Under the pieces are notes generated by a model. It was not told the origin of the DNA, did not search any database, and saw only the letters and a list, made by a program, of their open reading frames with translations. Below are positions 34,947-49,783 of a DNA stretch of 64,000 nucleotides, piece after piece (within the stretch, counting starts at the first letter, position 1; every line of letters begins with the position of its first letter). The DNA is from Takakia lepidozioides. Its lineage: Eukaryota > Plantae > Bryophyta. Position numbers and translations under genes: made by a program. The stretch is taken from contig CM060732.1 of the NCBI GenBank assembly GCA_030704615.1, forward strand, positions 34,720,001-34,784,000, given 5' to 3'.

Positions 34947-37900
34947 TTAATCATGCGAACGCTTCTGAGAATCACGTCTGGACTTGGATGTTGCCAGACT
35001 ACCTCTAGACTTGGGTGTAGGTGAGATTTCCTTCTCAACTTGCTCAGTTCGGCGCTTGCGCTTCTTTTTGAGTCCTTTTGGAGCCACATCTAAACCATCT
35101 GAAGTAGAATATGAGAATCGTTTATGCTTCCTCTCCTCCAGCTTTAGGTCCCTTCTTTCTTCCCTTTCCAATGCAGTCAGCACATCCTCACTGTGACCAT
35201 GCACCTTCCAAGGACTATGAGCCTTGCCTGCAGACCAAGGAGCCGGCCATGAATGATGCCGCTGCCCACCCACACCCCAGAACTCTTTAGTGTAAGATGC
35301 ATTGAGGAATGCATCTCACAGATCCACAAGCATCCTCACAGCCTATTGCTTCTCTCTCTCTGCTTTCCATGGTCGTTACTTTCTTTCTCTTTTCAAAATG
35401 TTCAAGACAAGTCAGAATCTGTGGAACCTGCTAGTCCCTCACGAGACGAGCCTCCACAGTGGTTGTGACCCAGATTATGCTCCAATCCCGTCCCTCTCCC
35501 CCAATCTTCCCTTCTTTTGTGCTCCGTTAAAATCTCTTGCCGCAAGGCTATGGCACATGCACCCTAATGCATAATCTCTCTCTTCTCTCACACAGGGTCT
35601 ATGGCCACAAGGCAAACAACGTCTCATGAGTACATTCTCTTCTCTCCCATACACAACACAAAAACTGTACAAGTGTGCATAACACAGTATTTCAGAGACA
35701 GCGACCTGGTTTTGCGGCGTGCAGTCACGAGCAATGTGACCTTCCTGTCCACATTTGTAGCACAGATATGCCTGCCTGTTGCTTTCCTGCCTGACACATG
35801 CCTGAGGCCCCCACCCCCACTTTCTTTAGCTCAGACTGCAGAATCGATTATCATGCAGTTAAGAGGAACTTGTATAGGGTCGTGAGAGCACACACCGTGC
35901 CAGAGTGGCCCATGTCCCCACACTGGTAACAGGATACAGGAACAGGAGATGCATCCACAATGTCGACACAGCAAAGGTGGCCCACACCCTTGCAGATGTA
36001 GCATCGCACTTGCTGCCACGCACACCCTCCCCACATCCCACTTCTCAGTGACCTCGAGTTCCCAGTCCAACAGTCAATGGGAATCCTAGCAGAAAAGGCC
36101 AGTAACCACCTTGAAGTCTTGTCGGTCGTAACCTCCGAAGCACTTTGAAGCGTCATGAGCCACAGCTCCACACACAAGGCAACATCCTGTTCCGTATCTC
36201 CCTCCAATCCTTGAGTGCTTGTCAGGACACAGTTTTGCTGTATGCCCCACCTTTCCACACACGAAGCACTCTGTTCTCTGTAGCAACATCAGATTATGCA
36301 CCCGTCTTTAAAACTCACCACACAGTTGACATTTGCAGGTGCGACTGGTCTTGAGAAATTGTTTCTGGTGACTGGAAAATAGACTCAGTTGATCATCGTC
36401 CTTACCTTACAACATTCAAGGAACACAAGCAAGCTGCAACTCAGACTTAATCTGAATGACTAGTTCATTCACGTGGATCATAGCCTGGGATTTCAGGGAT
36501 GGATGCCTGCAAAAACGTACCTGTGGGCAGTCATAGCCTTCATGTCCGAAATTCCCACACACATAGCAGGGTTTCTCTCGTGGCTGCTCGGGACAACCAG
36601 CCGCACGGTGCCCAACTTTACCACAGTTATAACAGGCCTCCCCTTGTTCCTCCGGTGGGTCAAAATAGCGAGGTCCACGCTGCATGAATCACACATGATC
36701 ACCATCCACAACCCATGAACGCTACTACCCATATATATAACCACTGCAAGTGAAGATTAAGTTAACCATGTGCTTATCTGGAGATTTCCAGCATTATGAG
36801 CAACTGCATGCATTTGCCATCAACAAGGGCAGAGTGTGTGCGACACAGGCTAGGCAATTGGTCCCAAATGGGCTTGCGCACTTACAAGGAGCTTGCGCAT
36901 GACAAGCGTATCTGCTGCTTCCAGAGGTTTTTCCTCGGTTAAGACAGCTTCACCATCTTCATCAGATTGAGCTTTGATGTCACCCAGATCTCCTATATCT
37001 GTCTGCACCATGCATACTTCATCTTGTCACCAATGGATTAATCTCATTCTCAAGCACACGCCTGTCATAAATGGCAATGAACCAGAATTAAAGACAGTGT
37101 TAAGTTCCCAGCACAAGCCCTGCTTCTTAAGCCTCCCAGTTTATGTCTAGAAATGCATGTGTAGGCCCCAGCACTGCCTTTGCACAGCCATTTCTCATTG
37201 ACTACAAGAAGAGTTTTAATATCAAATGATACTCTTAATGAATGCAGATGCAGCAGACAAACTCAACAATGTCAAAGGACTAGCAAATTCAAAGGCCATA
37301 ACTTCCTCAGCATACATTTTCACTTCTCCAGCTTGAAAGTAACAACACACATCCTGACACCTGCAACCCTTCACTCACGCAAACACCTACACCCCTAGGT
37401 AAGGACATGAGAGGAGTTTGTTTTTGCAGACCACTGCGTAAAAGATCCTAGAACTGAAGTCCCTACTAAAAACTCAATCACAATCATCGAGTGTGCAGCT
37501 GAGGCTCGCCAGACCTGAATTGGCTTCCAAGAGTAGCATTTACTTGGAAAGAGACCCAAGTGAATGGACGAAAATTCATGTTCGAATCAACATGCTTTGC
37601 CCAAACACTGTTCCAGAGTCACAGTTTTTGGGTTTTCATGTCCACATTCTAGATTACTTACAATTGCCCACAGTACAAACTCTGAAAGGCGGTGCTCTGG
37701 AAGGAAACACGAAATCGCACGTAAAAGGAGGACAGTGATGGACCACGACACACCTTCCTTTTCTTCTTCTTCTTCTTCTTCCTCTTCTTTCCAGTTGTGG
37801 CAGGCTCCGACAGCGGGGGTGTTTCGTCGTCAGCATCTCTGGTGATCTCACCTTCTTCAAGCGTCCCCAGTTGAGAATCCTGCGCCTGGGCTCCCAAAGC

Positions 37901-38110
37901 GCCAGCACCAGACCCATCGACCTCCAAATTCACCACTTCCACTGGCGTAGGCGATGATAGCAAGACAGCGAGTGGGCTGCCATTCTCTTCTCGCTTCGGA
38001 ACCCTTTGGCGAGCCTTGGCCAGAATGTCCAACGTGAGGTCTTCACTTCCGTTCTGCTCATCCTCCCCATCGCTCGCTGGCGTGGGCGAGAGCAGACGCC
38101 CCCTCACCAT
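34947..38110 (-). CDS. Multi-CCHC zinc-knuckle protein, AIR1/AIR2 (ZCCHC7)-like, multi-exon
   Basis: RGPRYFDPP, CYNCGKVGHRAAGC, CYVCGNFGHEGYDC, CFVCGKVGHTAKLC, CYICKGVGHLCC, CYQCGDMGHSG. Lys-rich NLS in exon 1. Exons at approximately 38110-37753, 37004-36884, 36680-36521, 36268-36111, 36040-35856 and ~35630-34947. Confidence 0.82.
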
Positions 38111-39657
38111 AGCTCCTCGTACTAAAAACCTTCTTGCTTCCTGAAACCCTAATTTTTGGTTCAGCAATTTGGGACTTTTCCTTCTACTCTTGAACGAATG
38201 TTGGTGGATGTCGACATGGATGAAGTTCTATGCTGATCCGATTGTGCGAGCTCGGTTTCTCGATGCCTTTCAAATCACAATCTCTTCTCTGCTATGGATC
38301 GAGTACTCAGCTCGTAACGTAGAGTGTGGGTTGATCTGGCAGTGCTCACTGTCGCTGGAACTTCATTGTGGTTGGAAGGATCGCTGATAGAGAAAGAAGA
38401 GCCTCATAAAAAACTTTGCAAGAGAGAAACCAATGCGTTTTATTTTCTGCCTCTGCGTTTGTTCACCTTTTACCTCAATCACTGCAAGAGATGATGCAAT
38501 GTTGCATGCCAACCGATGTCTGCTATGAGGCTGTAGCGAGAGAGACCTCCGCAATGAAGTTTTCAGACTAACTTCGTACTTGATTTCGTGAAATAGCTGC
38601 ACATATGGCGTTGCTGGACTACTTTTACTACCTTGAAAATGTAGTTTTATGCTATGGTCCTTCTGTGGAAGATAAGGTCAAGGTAGAAGCTAGATAGTGC
38701 AGTGTGCATTGAAGACAAGTAGTTGAAATTAGCTAGTGCAGGTCATTGACTCATGCTCCTTTAATTTGTTGCAGATCAAACCAACCCTATACCAACTAGA
38801 CTCAGCTATCACCCAGTAAAACAGTCCTTGCAAAGTGCACTGCAATATTCGTAAGTTTCGTGACAGTACTACCCAATGCCCATCATGCTCGCTTCTACGT
38901 ATATGATAAATTGCCAGGGGAACTTACGCGGGTGACTGGTTCTATGCTGAAGTACGGTCCCACCATACAAGCATATGGAAAGCAAGTCCGAGAGAAGATC
39001 ACACGCTTCCATCTCTTATAGACACATGAACAAGGGAGGAGGAAGGTAACAGAGCCAACACCTTGTCAATTCATTCTTGATGTAACGCATTGTGACTGTC
39101 CACAGTCTGTGAACTCATTTGTTCACTAACAAAACCAGCGCCTCAAAAACAAATGACTTATGCCTTCCGAATTGTCTGCAACAGGAATTCGAATGTTCAG
39201 CTGAGACATGCATAGGAGCTCACAATCAGACGGCCATCGCTGGATGGATGAACCGGCGCGATAATGTCTGGTTCGTGGCACATACAAAGGCGAGGTTGGA
39301 CAGCACACCCCATCCTTCTCGGTGCTGAATCCTGGTTCGCTCTTCTGTGATACACGAATTTGCAGGAGGCAGCGGGGGATTGTGGTTGGCAATTGAAAGG
39401 ACCGATGGGTCTTTCCATCGACTGGGAAAAATGGTGACAACGTCCCTGTGAAGGAGGAAAGACAAGAGAAGGTTTGGGTCAGCACGCAATTCGACCTTGA
39501 ATTTTGGAGAGACGAAGATAGGGTCGTAATTGGTAGTGGGAGCAAGAGGAGTAGAGAAGGAAGCAGGGATACCTCATTATTCCTTTTTTGTTGTTCCTTC
39601 GCAGAGGCACGGGGGAGACTGAAGGGGGTTCATGGTGGTGGAGCTGGCCGAGGAGGG

Positions 39658-42600
39658 ATGGCTACCGTTCCCTTCCTCTGTGCTTCTGTTAAATGTGAGC
39701 CACTCAATATGGGAGAGGCCTCGAGACGAAAATTGCGGGCTAGTAGAATCACCCGTGAGATTACCTGTTTGCCATACGGTTTGGCATGCACACCCCTTTG
39801 GCTTTTGAAATTGGCTGCAGGCAATTCCCCTACACCATCTGTCAGCCTCCAATTTCAACTTCCAAGCGAAGAAGTGCATACAGGATGTGAAGAGATTTGT
39901 CAAAGTTCCGACTTCAGATGGGATAGCAGACGAGCAGATCCTACGATCTGGTGTAAAAGTTTGTCGTCCCATCTACAACTGCCTGCCAAATGCAGGGAGG
40001 CTACAGGTGAAGATGGAAAACACGTTCTAGTTTGTGGCAGAGCTGCAAGGGGCCGGTACTGTGGAATTCTGCCAGAAGTGATTGCGGGCATTGCAGCTAT
40101 GCTGTTTGTGTGCGCACCAGCCTGGGCAGAGGTGGGCATATCTCCAGGCATCACTGAGGGCGGCCGACAGGTTGCCACCCCAACTAGTGCGACAGTCGAA
40201 TCCATCTTGGCTCAGCAGCTTGCACGTAGGTGTGCCCTTCTCGTCTTCTTTTGGATAGGCATGCACTGCAGTCTTCTTTGCATTGCCCAACCTTGCAACT
40301 TGCACATTGGATTTTAAAGTATGCATTAGTGACACCTGTCTCCCATGTGCAATGTCTAAAGTTATTGCATGACTGTTCTAACGGTAGTTGTGGAAAGATC
40401 ACGTAGGAAGGACGAAACCTTCTCATGAAAACAGCTGGGGAGGTGGGAGCATGTTCCTTTGTGCCCGCAGTCTCTGGGTGTGTGAGATAGAGGAGTGAGA
40501 GGGAGACAGGAAATGAAGGGGGGCATAGAGGGCTTGCTGAGGAAGCTTTGCAAAACTTCTACAAGGAGAACTGTGGAACAGATTTTGAATTCTCAGTTGG
40601 CTTTGTTGTACAGGTTTCGGGAATTGAGTGACCAGGAACTGGCAGATGTGTTGGAGCAGCTACTCCGTGCAAGCAGGTTGGGGTCAGTGTTAACAGACGA
40701 GCCTCCTAGCAACAGGAAAATCCTGGACGAGAACATCACCCAAGAATTGGGCAGAGGAAATACATACAGTAATGCCAGGGGTGAGAGTTCAACACCGCAG
40801 GCAAATGCTGAAAAGCAAATGAACCCTCCTGTCCACGAGGGAGAATCAAGTACAGATGCCACACCACTGGGATTGGAAACTAATAAGGGGAAGGCAGTGA
40901 GGACTGAAGATTTGGCCCTGCCAAAAATAATCCAAGACAGAAAATTGCCATCAGAGCAGCAGGTGCCGGACAGAGAGGACATGGCGAGAATGGGGAAGGA
41001 GAGCAGCAACCAGGGGGACTTGACCACCTTGCTATGGGAAGACCTTCAAAAGAGACTAGATATGTCAGGTGAAGCAAAGCTGCTAGGTAGCGAGGGCTCA
41101 ATGGGGAAAAATACAGTGGAGCAGACGAACTCCAGAGCTCAAGGTATGCAGTCGGTGACCTCAGCTGATGAGTCTTAGGCATTGTGTTGTTTGGTCCCAG
41201 TCCAGAAACACAGGGTCTACACGTTGAGGTCTTCAACGGACCTTAGGACTAAGTAATTCCAATCGAAATGGAAGAAAGTTCAAATATTGATCATGGATTG
41301 TAAATTTTGGGTGTTCTGAGGTGTCTGTTAAGCATGTATTATATGAAATCATTGGCTGGAACTCATCATGGCCCATGTGTCAAAGATGCGTCTTTGTGAT
41401 GGTCACTGAGATTTGAGTTTACTACCATGAAAAGTGACTTTGGGAAACCATCATATTTATGTGTTGAAAGGTGAGAGCTCCATGTGATCTTTTTGAATGC
41501 CTGTACTGTCGTTGAGCTTGAGGTAAGAAATTTCCAAGTGATGTATTCCACTTGCTTGTCATGATGTGATTATTCCAAACCAGCAGGATGTTGGGTGGCA
41601 GGTGTATTCGAAGACACAAAAGTTTTGGCCCTTGGCGCAGGTGCATTGGTAGCTAGTGCATTGTTCTCTGTTGGAGCTTGGAAATTTCTTGATTCCAGAG
41701 TGAAAAAGCCATCTTCATATCTGGGTGAGGGGCTCAAGGAAAGGAGTGGTGAGAATGTAGAGGCGTCAATGAGAAGTCCTTGGAATACCAGTAAGGGTAC
41801 GGAAAGGGGTCAGGGATTGTTCAGGTCAATATTGACAGCTTTGCAAGCCTTAGTTGGCCGAGTCCGTGGTGTGGAGCAGGTTACAAAGCAAGATCAGCAG
41901 AACATGGAAGATGAGGGCACTAAGAAACCTAGAGGTGAGGATGAGGATAATTATGATACTAGAGAGGCCCAACCTGGGGTCACCAGTTCTATGAATGGAT
42001 CTCTGAAGAAGGGAGCAATTAAAGGAAAGGGTGCGGATACAAGGGAATCCACTTCAGGCCTCAACAGAAGGGGCAGTTTAAGCATCAGAGATGATTCCAT
42101 CCCTGAAGTGGGATATCAGGATGAAGGTGACATGCTTCCAAGCATCCGAACTTACAGGAAAGGGAGCAGGCTCAATGATGCAGGCCCCAGGTATGATGCA
42201 GGAAAAATCACTAGCACTTTCGTGGCTTCTATCAATCCTGGAGAGCAAAGTTGGTCAACGAGATCCGTGCCTAAATCTCCTGAGTACGAGGATCCGATTG
42301 CAAGAGACTTGGCTACTGACACTAGGCTATCATACAAGTACTCGGCACTCAGAAGCAGGGATGAACCGATTTCCAAGTTCCTTCGAAGAACTGGCAACAA
42401 TCAAGACAATCTTATGCTGAAAACTGACGGGCACAAACCGCAGAAAGCCACTGTTTCAAGTCATAACATGGAGGCACAGCGCAGCCAGGTTGATGAGGAA
42501 AGGCAACTGCAGCGTGATGATGGCCAAGTAACCATGAAAGGAACTGCTCTAAAGGAGAAACCATATGATGAGCAGAAGCTTGAGGAGAGCAACTACACAT

Positions 42601-43184
42601 ACAGATTGACAGACAAACATGGTCTGAACATGCCAAAGAGATCGAGTGTTGCCAGACCGGATTACTGGGCAAAGTCTGGTAAGAACCCTGATGAAGACAG
42701 AGTTAGTAACGAATCAAGTCAGCTTAAAGCCAATGGTGAAAGTTGCAAGGTCATTAATGGACAAGCAACTACCTTTGAGATGGATTGTTTTTTCCATAAG
42801 GGAACAATGTGGGTTAGGGATATGGATGGAGTGTTTGTGCAAAGCCCACTTAAAAGTCGTGATCCCACCAAGAAGACTCATGTCCTACGGGACAAAGGGA
42901 TAGGAAAGCCTGCCTCAAAGTTGTTTTCAAAGAGTGGCAGCACTGATGGAACAGATTTGAAGATGCGAAAAGGGCGTCAATCAGGCAACAGGGGTAAGAT
43001 TACAGATGCACCAGGATTTGACTACCATCATCTGGTCCTGCAGCATGTTGAGAATGATTTTCAATCAGCAAAGCTGCACATTCACAAACGGAATAATGTC
43101 ATCTCTGACACTCCATCTTCAGAGCACCAGGGACTCATGCAAGTTGAGCTTACATCACCTTTAACCTATGGACCAAACTACTGA
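39658..43184 (+). CDS. Uncharacterised protein, possible organellar targeting peptide and hydrophobic segments, long low-complexity C-terminus
   Basis: Three long same-strand ORFs (39448-40317, 40495-41178, 41595-43184) with plausible GT/AG junctions. Hydrophobic stretches IAGIAAMLFVCAPAWA and VLALGAGALVASALFSVGAW. No recognised domain. Confidence 0.55.
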
Positions 43185-44583
43185 GAGACAAGAGAGCCAT
43201 TGACTAATGCATGCTAGTCAATTTCTTCTTTTGTAGGATGTGAGCATGCATCACTGTGCAGCTTCTAGTGGCTCTGTTTTTCATAGATAGCTTCCAGCAA
43301 GGTGATTACACTAGAAACACAAGATCCACTTAAGCATGTTAAAGCTAGTTGCCTGAGCTTGCAGGATTTTCCTTGAAGCTTGGTTGTGGGTGTCTTCAAT
43401 TGTATACTAACAGGATGGTTGCAAACAATTCCTTGCACCTATGTACAATTTCGTTAGTTTTCCCTGAGGTTCCGAGATCTCCTGACCAAATGAATCCAGG
43501 TAGGTGTTAAGAATTCTTGTATGGAGTGATTGGTAGTTTAGTAAGCTAAATGTGGCGACATTTGACAGTGTCACGTTGTGGAGACTGCAGGGGGGCAGGC
43601 ATAAATTAAAGAGCATCGTTTCTTGTGATTATGTATTTACTGCCTTTCATCTCTCTCTCTTGAGCTCTCGAGCTTGGTACAGTACCTTGTTTTCAGCTTT
43701 GGGGGCTGTCGGAGCTCTGCTGAAATCGACAGTGTTTTTCCTGGCATCCACACTCAAATTCTCAAGTTCATTATAGTTGGCTGTCTGGGAGTGCTTGGGC
43801 AAATTTAGGAGAGTTTTCATACCGTCCCGAGTAGGAAAACTCAACTGTGTCTGTGTACATGCACCATATGCCCAGTGACTGTTCGTATGATTGTGAATTA
43901 TTGCATCTGCCTCTGCAAACAGACTTCAACACTGGAAACTTTTGCAATGGCTGTTCAATGAAGCTCACATCTGAAGCAGACAGATTGTTTGTTACACCAG
44001 AAACATCCTACATCATTTTCTCCAATTACTTTCAATTTTGTTAACTCACACCTTTATAGTGTAGTGCTCAAGATTATGACCCATACAATAGAGGGGCCTA
44101 GCTATATGAGCTACAGAATCACTTATAACAATAAATTCATTTATACTTAGACCATCCATGGAAAGGGCTGTCAAACGGTTCATTTGAGAAACAATAATGG
44201 GTTACTTCTGTGAATGCCCTAAACCAGCTCCCCTGAAACACATGGCATTTGAGAATGAGCACGACTTCAACGTGATAACCCTGCTGGAGTCCCCTCCAAT
44301 CAATGAGTCAACCAGCCGAAGTTGGCAATGCATAAGAGACAAGACTGAGTTGTATACATGATTTGTTTCTCCCACTTCCCCATCACCTCTGTGAAACCAC
44401 TGCTCGCATGTCGTGATTGTCACATTTAGGCATTGTACATGGTACCGCTGTCAAGATGTAGAGGCGCTGTTTCGCTTTGCCACATGAGGCTTCCTGCACT
44501 CTCTGATATATTTTACTCTACACCATCTATTTCTGATGTATGATCGAGCTTCCTATGCCAACCAAGGCGTAATGGGGAGAGCA

Positions 44584-47500
44584 TCACACCCTCAAATGTT
44601 CCCCAGGACATGGCCGCTGTCTTCCATCAGGAATGGCAATCAAAAGAATGGGCCTAGATGGCCTTACGTAAGGCACATCGCAGATAAAGTAACCCTTGCG
44701 TTCCAGCTGTAAAATTTCACCTCGCTTAATATTGCGTAGGTTGGAATCTCCAACAGCCGACACTTCAAACCGTGTGTTGAGATTGAGCACCGATTCGAAA
44801 TCATCTGTATCCTCCAGCTGCACCCCCCATCCAACCATGAATGAGATTCAGGATACAAATGGACAGCGGGGGTTCTTGAACCATTACTGCCCAAATCCTA
44901 GCAAGGAGATTTGCATTGGTTCTAGGACCTTAACCAGCAATAGCCCACAAAACCCCTAGCTGTGGAGGCACCTTCACCGATCGTCACTCTCTGCTCTCTA
45001 TTCTCCTCTCTATCAAGTCAATGGAACAGCCACGTCACATTGCCAGGTCTCCGACAGATTCCAAAATTCCTAACAAGAATTTCAAAGGAAAGATCCCAAT
45101 ATTCATATATTAGATGCCCCAAACTATGGGACAAGCGCACAGTGTATAGCAGCTCAAGCAAAGACTCTCAGCCCATAGTTCTTCTAATCTAACTCCCAAG
45201 TGTTTTATGTCTGCGTTTAACAGAAGTAATTAACTTCCCATAGGGGCTGTGGGAAATAAACGTATACTAGCAACAGACAAATGGGACGAAAGATAGCACA
45301 GCATTTCAGAACAAAATTCATACAACGGAAAATGGAAGTCAATAGCACCTTTTTCTTCTTGATGAGGTAGTCCAGCTCTACAAGAGTTAGAGGCAGCAGC
45401 TCCAAAATCTCAGGCAGCCAAGTGAGTTTCAATTTGGTGGTCTTCACAGAGCCCTCCAAATGCAAATCTCCCTTCAACCCCACCACAACCCCATTCTCAT
45501 CCTTTTCTACCTTGCGAATGATTGCATTTCCCCAGTCCATGAGAGTAACTTCCTCGCCTTCAGAAACACTGGCACCGTCTGCCTGATCTAGCCACACTCG
45601 CTTTGTAAAGGTGGTGGCCTTCTTGCCTGCACCCTCAAACTTTTTGTGTCTTGCAATCACTCGCACAAATGGCTTCTCAGGGCCATTGCTTAAGTCAAGA
45701 AGAACTTTACCGTCTGTCAAGACAGCTGTATGCCGAGGACATACAGGATCAATGATTTTCTTGTTGATAGTCCATAGCTTCTCCCACTCCATCAGATTGA
45801 GATTCTTGGATGCTCCCTGCCATGCTCACAATTTAACAATGCTTTAATGTACAAGATTTATAACGCACTTAGAACAGAATTTGCGGGTGACTATTCACAA
45901 CAGAAAAGTCGGCCGATCAACTAAAACTGGACAAAGCTACAAACCTGGGATAAGATGAATTGCTTCAGTGCCTCCACTGTGAGACCACGGCGGCGAATCC
46001 CTTGCACAGTGGGGAAGCGAGGGTCATCCCAGCCCTCCACACGCCCATTGTCCACAAACCACTGCAGCTTGCGCTTGCTAAGCAGTGTGTACACAAAGTT
46101 GAGTCTGCTGAAGTCCCATACATGCACACGTCTCAGTCCCATATCCTCCAAAACCCTATAGTATTGATCATTTCGGTCGTGGTACTCACTCGACCGAAGT
46201 GCATGAGTGACACCCTCCACACTATCTACAAAAGGGCATGCAAAGTCATAGGTCGGGTACACCTTATATTTATCACCAACCCGGTGGTGATGGGTTGGAT
46301 TACAACGATAGTACACAGGATCACGCAGAGATGCATTTAAATTGCTCATGTCAATCTTCCCACGCACACAACATAGTTTTCCTCTCTCTGTCCCAGTCAC
46401 CATCTCTTTCCACAGCTGCAGATTCTCCTGAACGCTTTGGCTCCGGCACTTTGATTCAACGCGGTCATACCTCTCCTTCTGCATTTGCTCCCGATCCGTG
46501 TCATCAACATATGCCTTTCCCTCAAGAATTAACTTCTCTGCCATCTCCATTAGCTGTTTGAAATAGTCAGAGGTGTAGGTCACCACATCAGCCTTAACCC
46601 CTAGAGTGTCAAGGTCTGCAAGTATGCTTTCCACAAACTCCTCCTTCTCTTTTGCAGGATTTGTGTTGTCGAATCGAACAATGAGTCGTCCCTTATACTT
46701 CTGGGCAAAATACTGGTTTAAGAGGGCAGCTTTGGCATGGCCAATGTGCAGGTATCCACTTGGTTCAGGTGGAAAGCGTGTGCACACTTTGCCCATTTCT
46801 GCATCAGGCAAGTCAATGTCGAAGGAGCCTTCAACCTTCTCCTTCTTCTCTGTAGTTGTTCCATTGACTTTAGAAACTCCTTTTGTATCCGGAAGTGGCT
46901 TTCCAGCGCTCCGCTGGGTTGTAGGCTTTTGCAAAAGATCTGTCAAGGCTGGATACTGGTTCAGAATGGAGTTGTACCACCGTGCCAAATTGGTAAACTT
47001 GGTTGACTTCCGGAAACTCTCCCATCGTTGCCCTGATGCTGATGCAAACAAGAATCTCCATCAACTCTCACATGACAGACTGTCTCCAATGAGCATCCAA
47101 CATCACTTTCCACAAAAGCCAGCAAATACGAAGAACAACACCGGTGGGAGGGGGTATACCGGAAAGGTATGCCCAGACAGTGATGTCAGCAATGGTGACA
47201 TTGTACCCAACAAGGAAGGTGCGGAGATTCAAGTAGGAGTTAGTGTAGTTGCAAGCGCCCTCAAACTCTCCTCCCACACCAAACGTGGGTGCATAGTCAA
47301 GCCATTCATCCACCTACCACGTACAACAAAGCAATAAGAACATTGCGTAAGATTTTGTGAGAGAGCCACAAGGGCCGGGTCACAAGCATAGATCGACTGG
47401 AAAATAGCTTGCACCAATGGGATTCCATGCATAAAGGAAGAGAGACCTGAGAGGCAGTGAGCACATTGGTTCCATAGAAGTCTGGACGCCTGCTGACACG

Positions 47501-48365
47501 GCCAATGTACCTTACAAGTGTGGTGGCTCCACGCAGTTCTTCCCTGTCAAAACCACCTCGGACCTTAGTCACAACCAGGGTTCTACGCACTGTAATCACT
47601 CCGCTAAGAAGGAAATGGGAAACATTAGGATGGACCTGGAAACAACTTTCACAATCCGAAGCACACCAATGCCTGACTGGCAAAGGGTGGGAATCTTCAG
47701 GGATGGGTCTAAGAGTAGAGTAGAAAGAATACATATTGCACTTTCTGGCTGGTCTACACCGTTTGATAACTGACACCCTGTTCTAAAATTTCCGCAGCAA
47801 AGTACCACTATAGTGACCAAAATCGTTTCAATGTTGACTGTCACCGCTCCATGTGCTCAGTGGAGCCCAAAAAAAATAGATTTTTGGCAGTCCAGGACCC
47901 CAGGGTTTAGGGTTTAGTCCCAAACTTCAAAAGCGAATGGGCTGCACGCTCTAGGGTTTAAGAGCGCACGCCGGAAACACAACACTGATGAGGCATGGAC
48001 GAGCGAGATGGCCCAAGGGCTCAACAAAAATAAATCACCCAGACCGGCAAACAAAGCACCAGGGCGGTCGCGTCGGCACACAAGTCTACTAAGCAAAGGC
48101 TCATCTACATCCAAGAACCTGCTTCAGCTCAGCAACCGCGCAAGTAAAAGGAAAAAATGATGAAGGGAAGAAAATGAAAACACAACTCAGGATGCGTTTT
48201 GGAACAGTACCCGGAAGAGAAGGACAGCACGGGCGTGGAGGCGGGAGGAAGCGAAGGGTGGGTGGAGAGTGAGAATTCCGCCAAAGAAGCAGCTGCTATG
48301 ACTGGCAATGGCACCGCATCCGCTGAGTATGCCAACGTCCCATCGACGCTCTGCGCCCTCCCCAT
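44584..48365 (-). CDS. GluRS: Glutamate--tRNA ligase, cytosolic (GST-like N-terminus, class I catalytic and anticodon-binding domains), multi-exon
   Basis: [18 protein letters not shown] (HIGH motif), [45 protein letters not shown]...IPDGR. Confidence 0.96.
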
Positions 48366-48719
48366 CTCCTCTTCCTCCCCTTCTTCTCTCGCACTCTGCT
48401 CCTCGTCCTCTGGGCTCGAGACTAGCACCCTCACTGCAACCCCAACCTATATTCAACCTAACGGAACGTACACATGTGGAATATAACACACTGGATGGAG
48501 GGAAAGTGTTGAGAGTAAAGCATATTAAAAGGATATTCTATATCAGTCACCCTATCCGACTTTAGGTGCTTTTTCATTATTATTCCAAAAAGAACAAAGC
48601 TTTGCATTGAAGAAAAATGTGACCTAATCCTAAAAGGGGCAGCCTGGACGGCTCATAAATCGCCGTCGACTGAGGACAGCCCAACGGTGCACCGTCCATC
48701 CATTTAAAAGCCGCATTTA

Positions 48720-49070
48720 GGTAGGTGCCACGTGGTAAACAAGGATTGATTGCAGTGCAAGGCAGGGGTACGTGGGCACAAGACCGAGTCTGGTGCGATC
48801 AATCTGACGGTCGCTGAGCACCGACCGGGGGACGGTGCGGATTTGACTTAATTAGAAGATAAGTGAGGATTCGAACCCTGGGTGGTCAAGGACGCCCGTC
48901 GGTGGGCTGTACGATTGACACGCGTGATGCATCTATCCATTATAGCATATGCGCTGGGTCTACCATGGGGAGCCGCGTGGTCCAGTCCGGAACGTGTCAG
49001 GCCGTAAGCAGTCACACGTGTCGGAGGCCACGCTGGCTGCCATTGGGGTGGCGCCACCTTATTATAGCCC
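48720..49070 (+). promoter_or_regulatory. ABA/dehydration-responsive promoter cluster (ABRE/G-box, CE3-like, DRE core, TATA-like)
   Basis: GCCACGTGG 48727, TACGTGG 48769, ACCGAC 48820, ACACGCGTG ~48919, ACGTGTC 48992, CACACGTGTC 49013, TTATTATA ~49059. Lies upstream of an LTI65-like gene. Confidence 0.7.
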
Positions 49071-49783
49071 GCAGGAGGAAGCGACATTGCAAAGCAGCTC
49101 TCGCTCGTCTCGCATCTCGCTGAACTGCTTCCTTTCTCGCCTTAGGTTTGTGAGCGTCTTACAGATTTTGCTGAACAGCTTTCTCGAATTTCCCGTGCTG
49201 CATTTTCCAAACTGCTCGCTTGGGAGTTGGAAGTGCTCTAGTCGTGATTCGCTTTGTTTGCTGTGCTGATCTGTTCGCGGGTTGAGGAAGTCTTCGACAT
49301 AAAAAATGCCGCTTTTCCATAAATCCGAGCAGACGAGCGTTCCCGGTACTGCTACTCTTCACAGCAATTACATGGCGCCTTGTTCTAATCTGGATTTTCG
49401 TTTCCACTGTGTGGGTTATTGCTCGATCGATGGGTGGTGGTAGATGGTTCAAAGAGTGGGAATTTTGGTTGAGCGTTTTTGTTTTTAATTGTATTCTTCT
49501 GAAAGGCTTTGTAGGGGTACCGTGCATGTGTTCGAAGAGTTGCGTGTGAAGGATCGGCAGACAATGGGTGAATTGGTTTCAGATGAGCTAATAGCTTGGG
49601 TGTGTTTCTGTAGTGCACGGATCCTGTCGAGATGGTTGTCTGATCATACTAGATAGGATCGTGTTTGGAATTTGTATGAAATTATGGACTCAGAGATTGT
49701 TGATTCTCTATGACGGACGATGCTGTGGGATTGAGATGAGTTAGATCGTTAACTGATTTCGCCGTACAACGTGATATCTGCAG

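Noticed and set aside
46606-47337. 243-aa plus-strand ORF and similar antisense ORFs over the PPR, FHA and LTI65 genes
   Set aside because: Shadow ORFs opposite well-supported coding exons.
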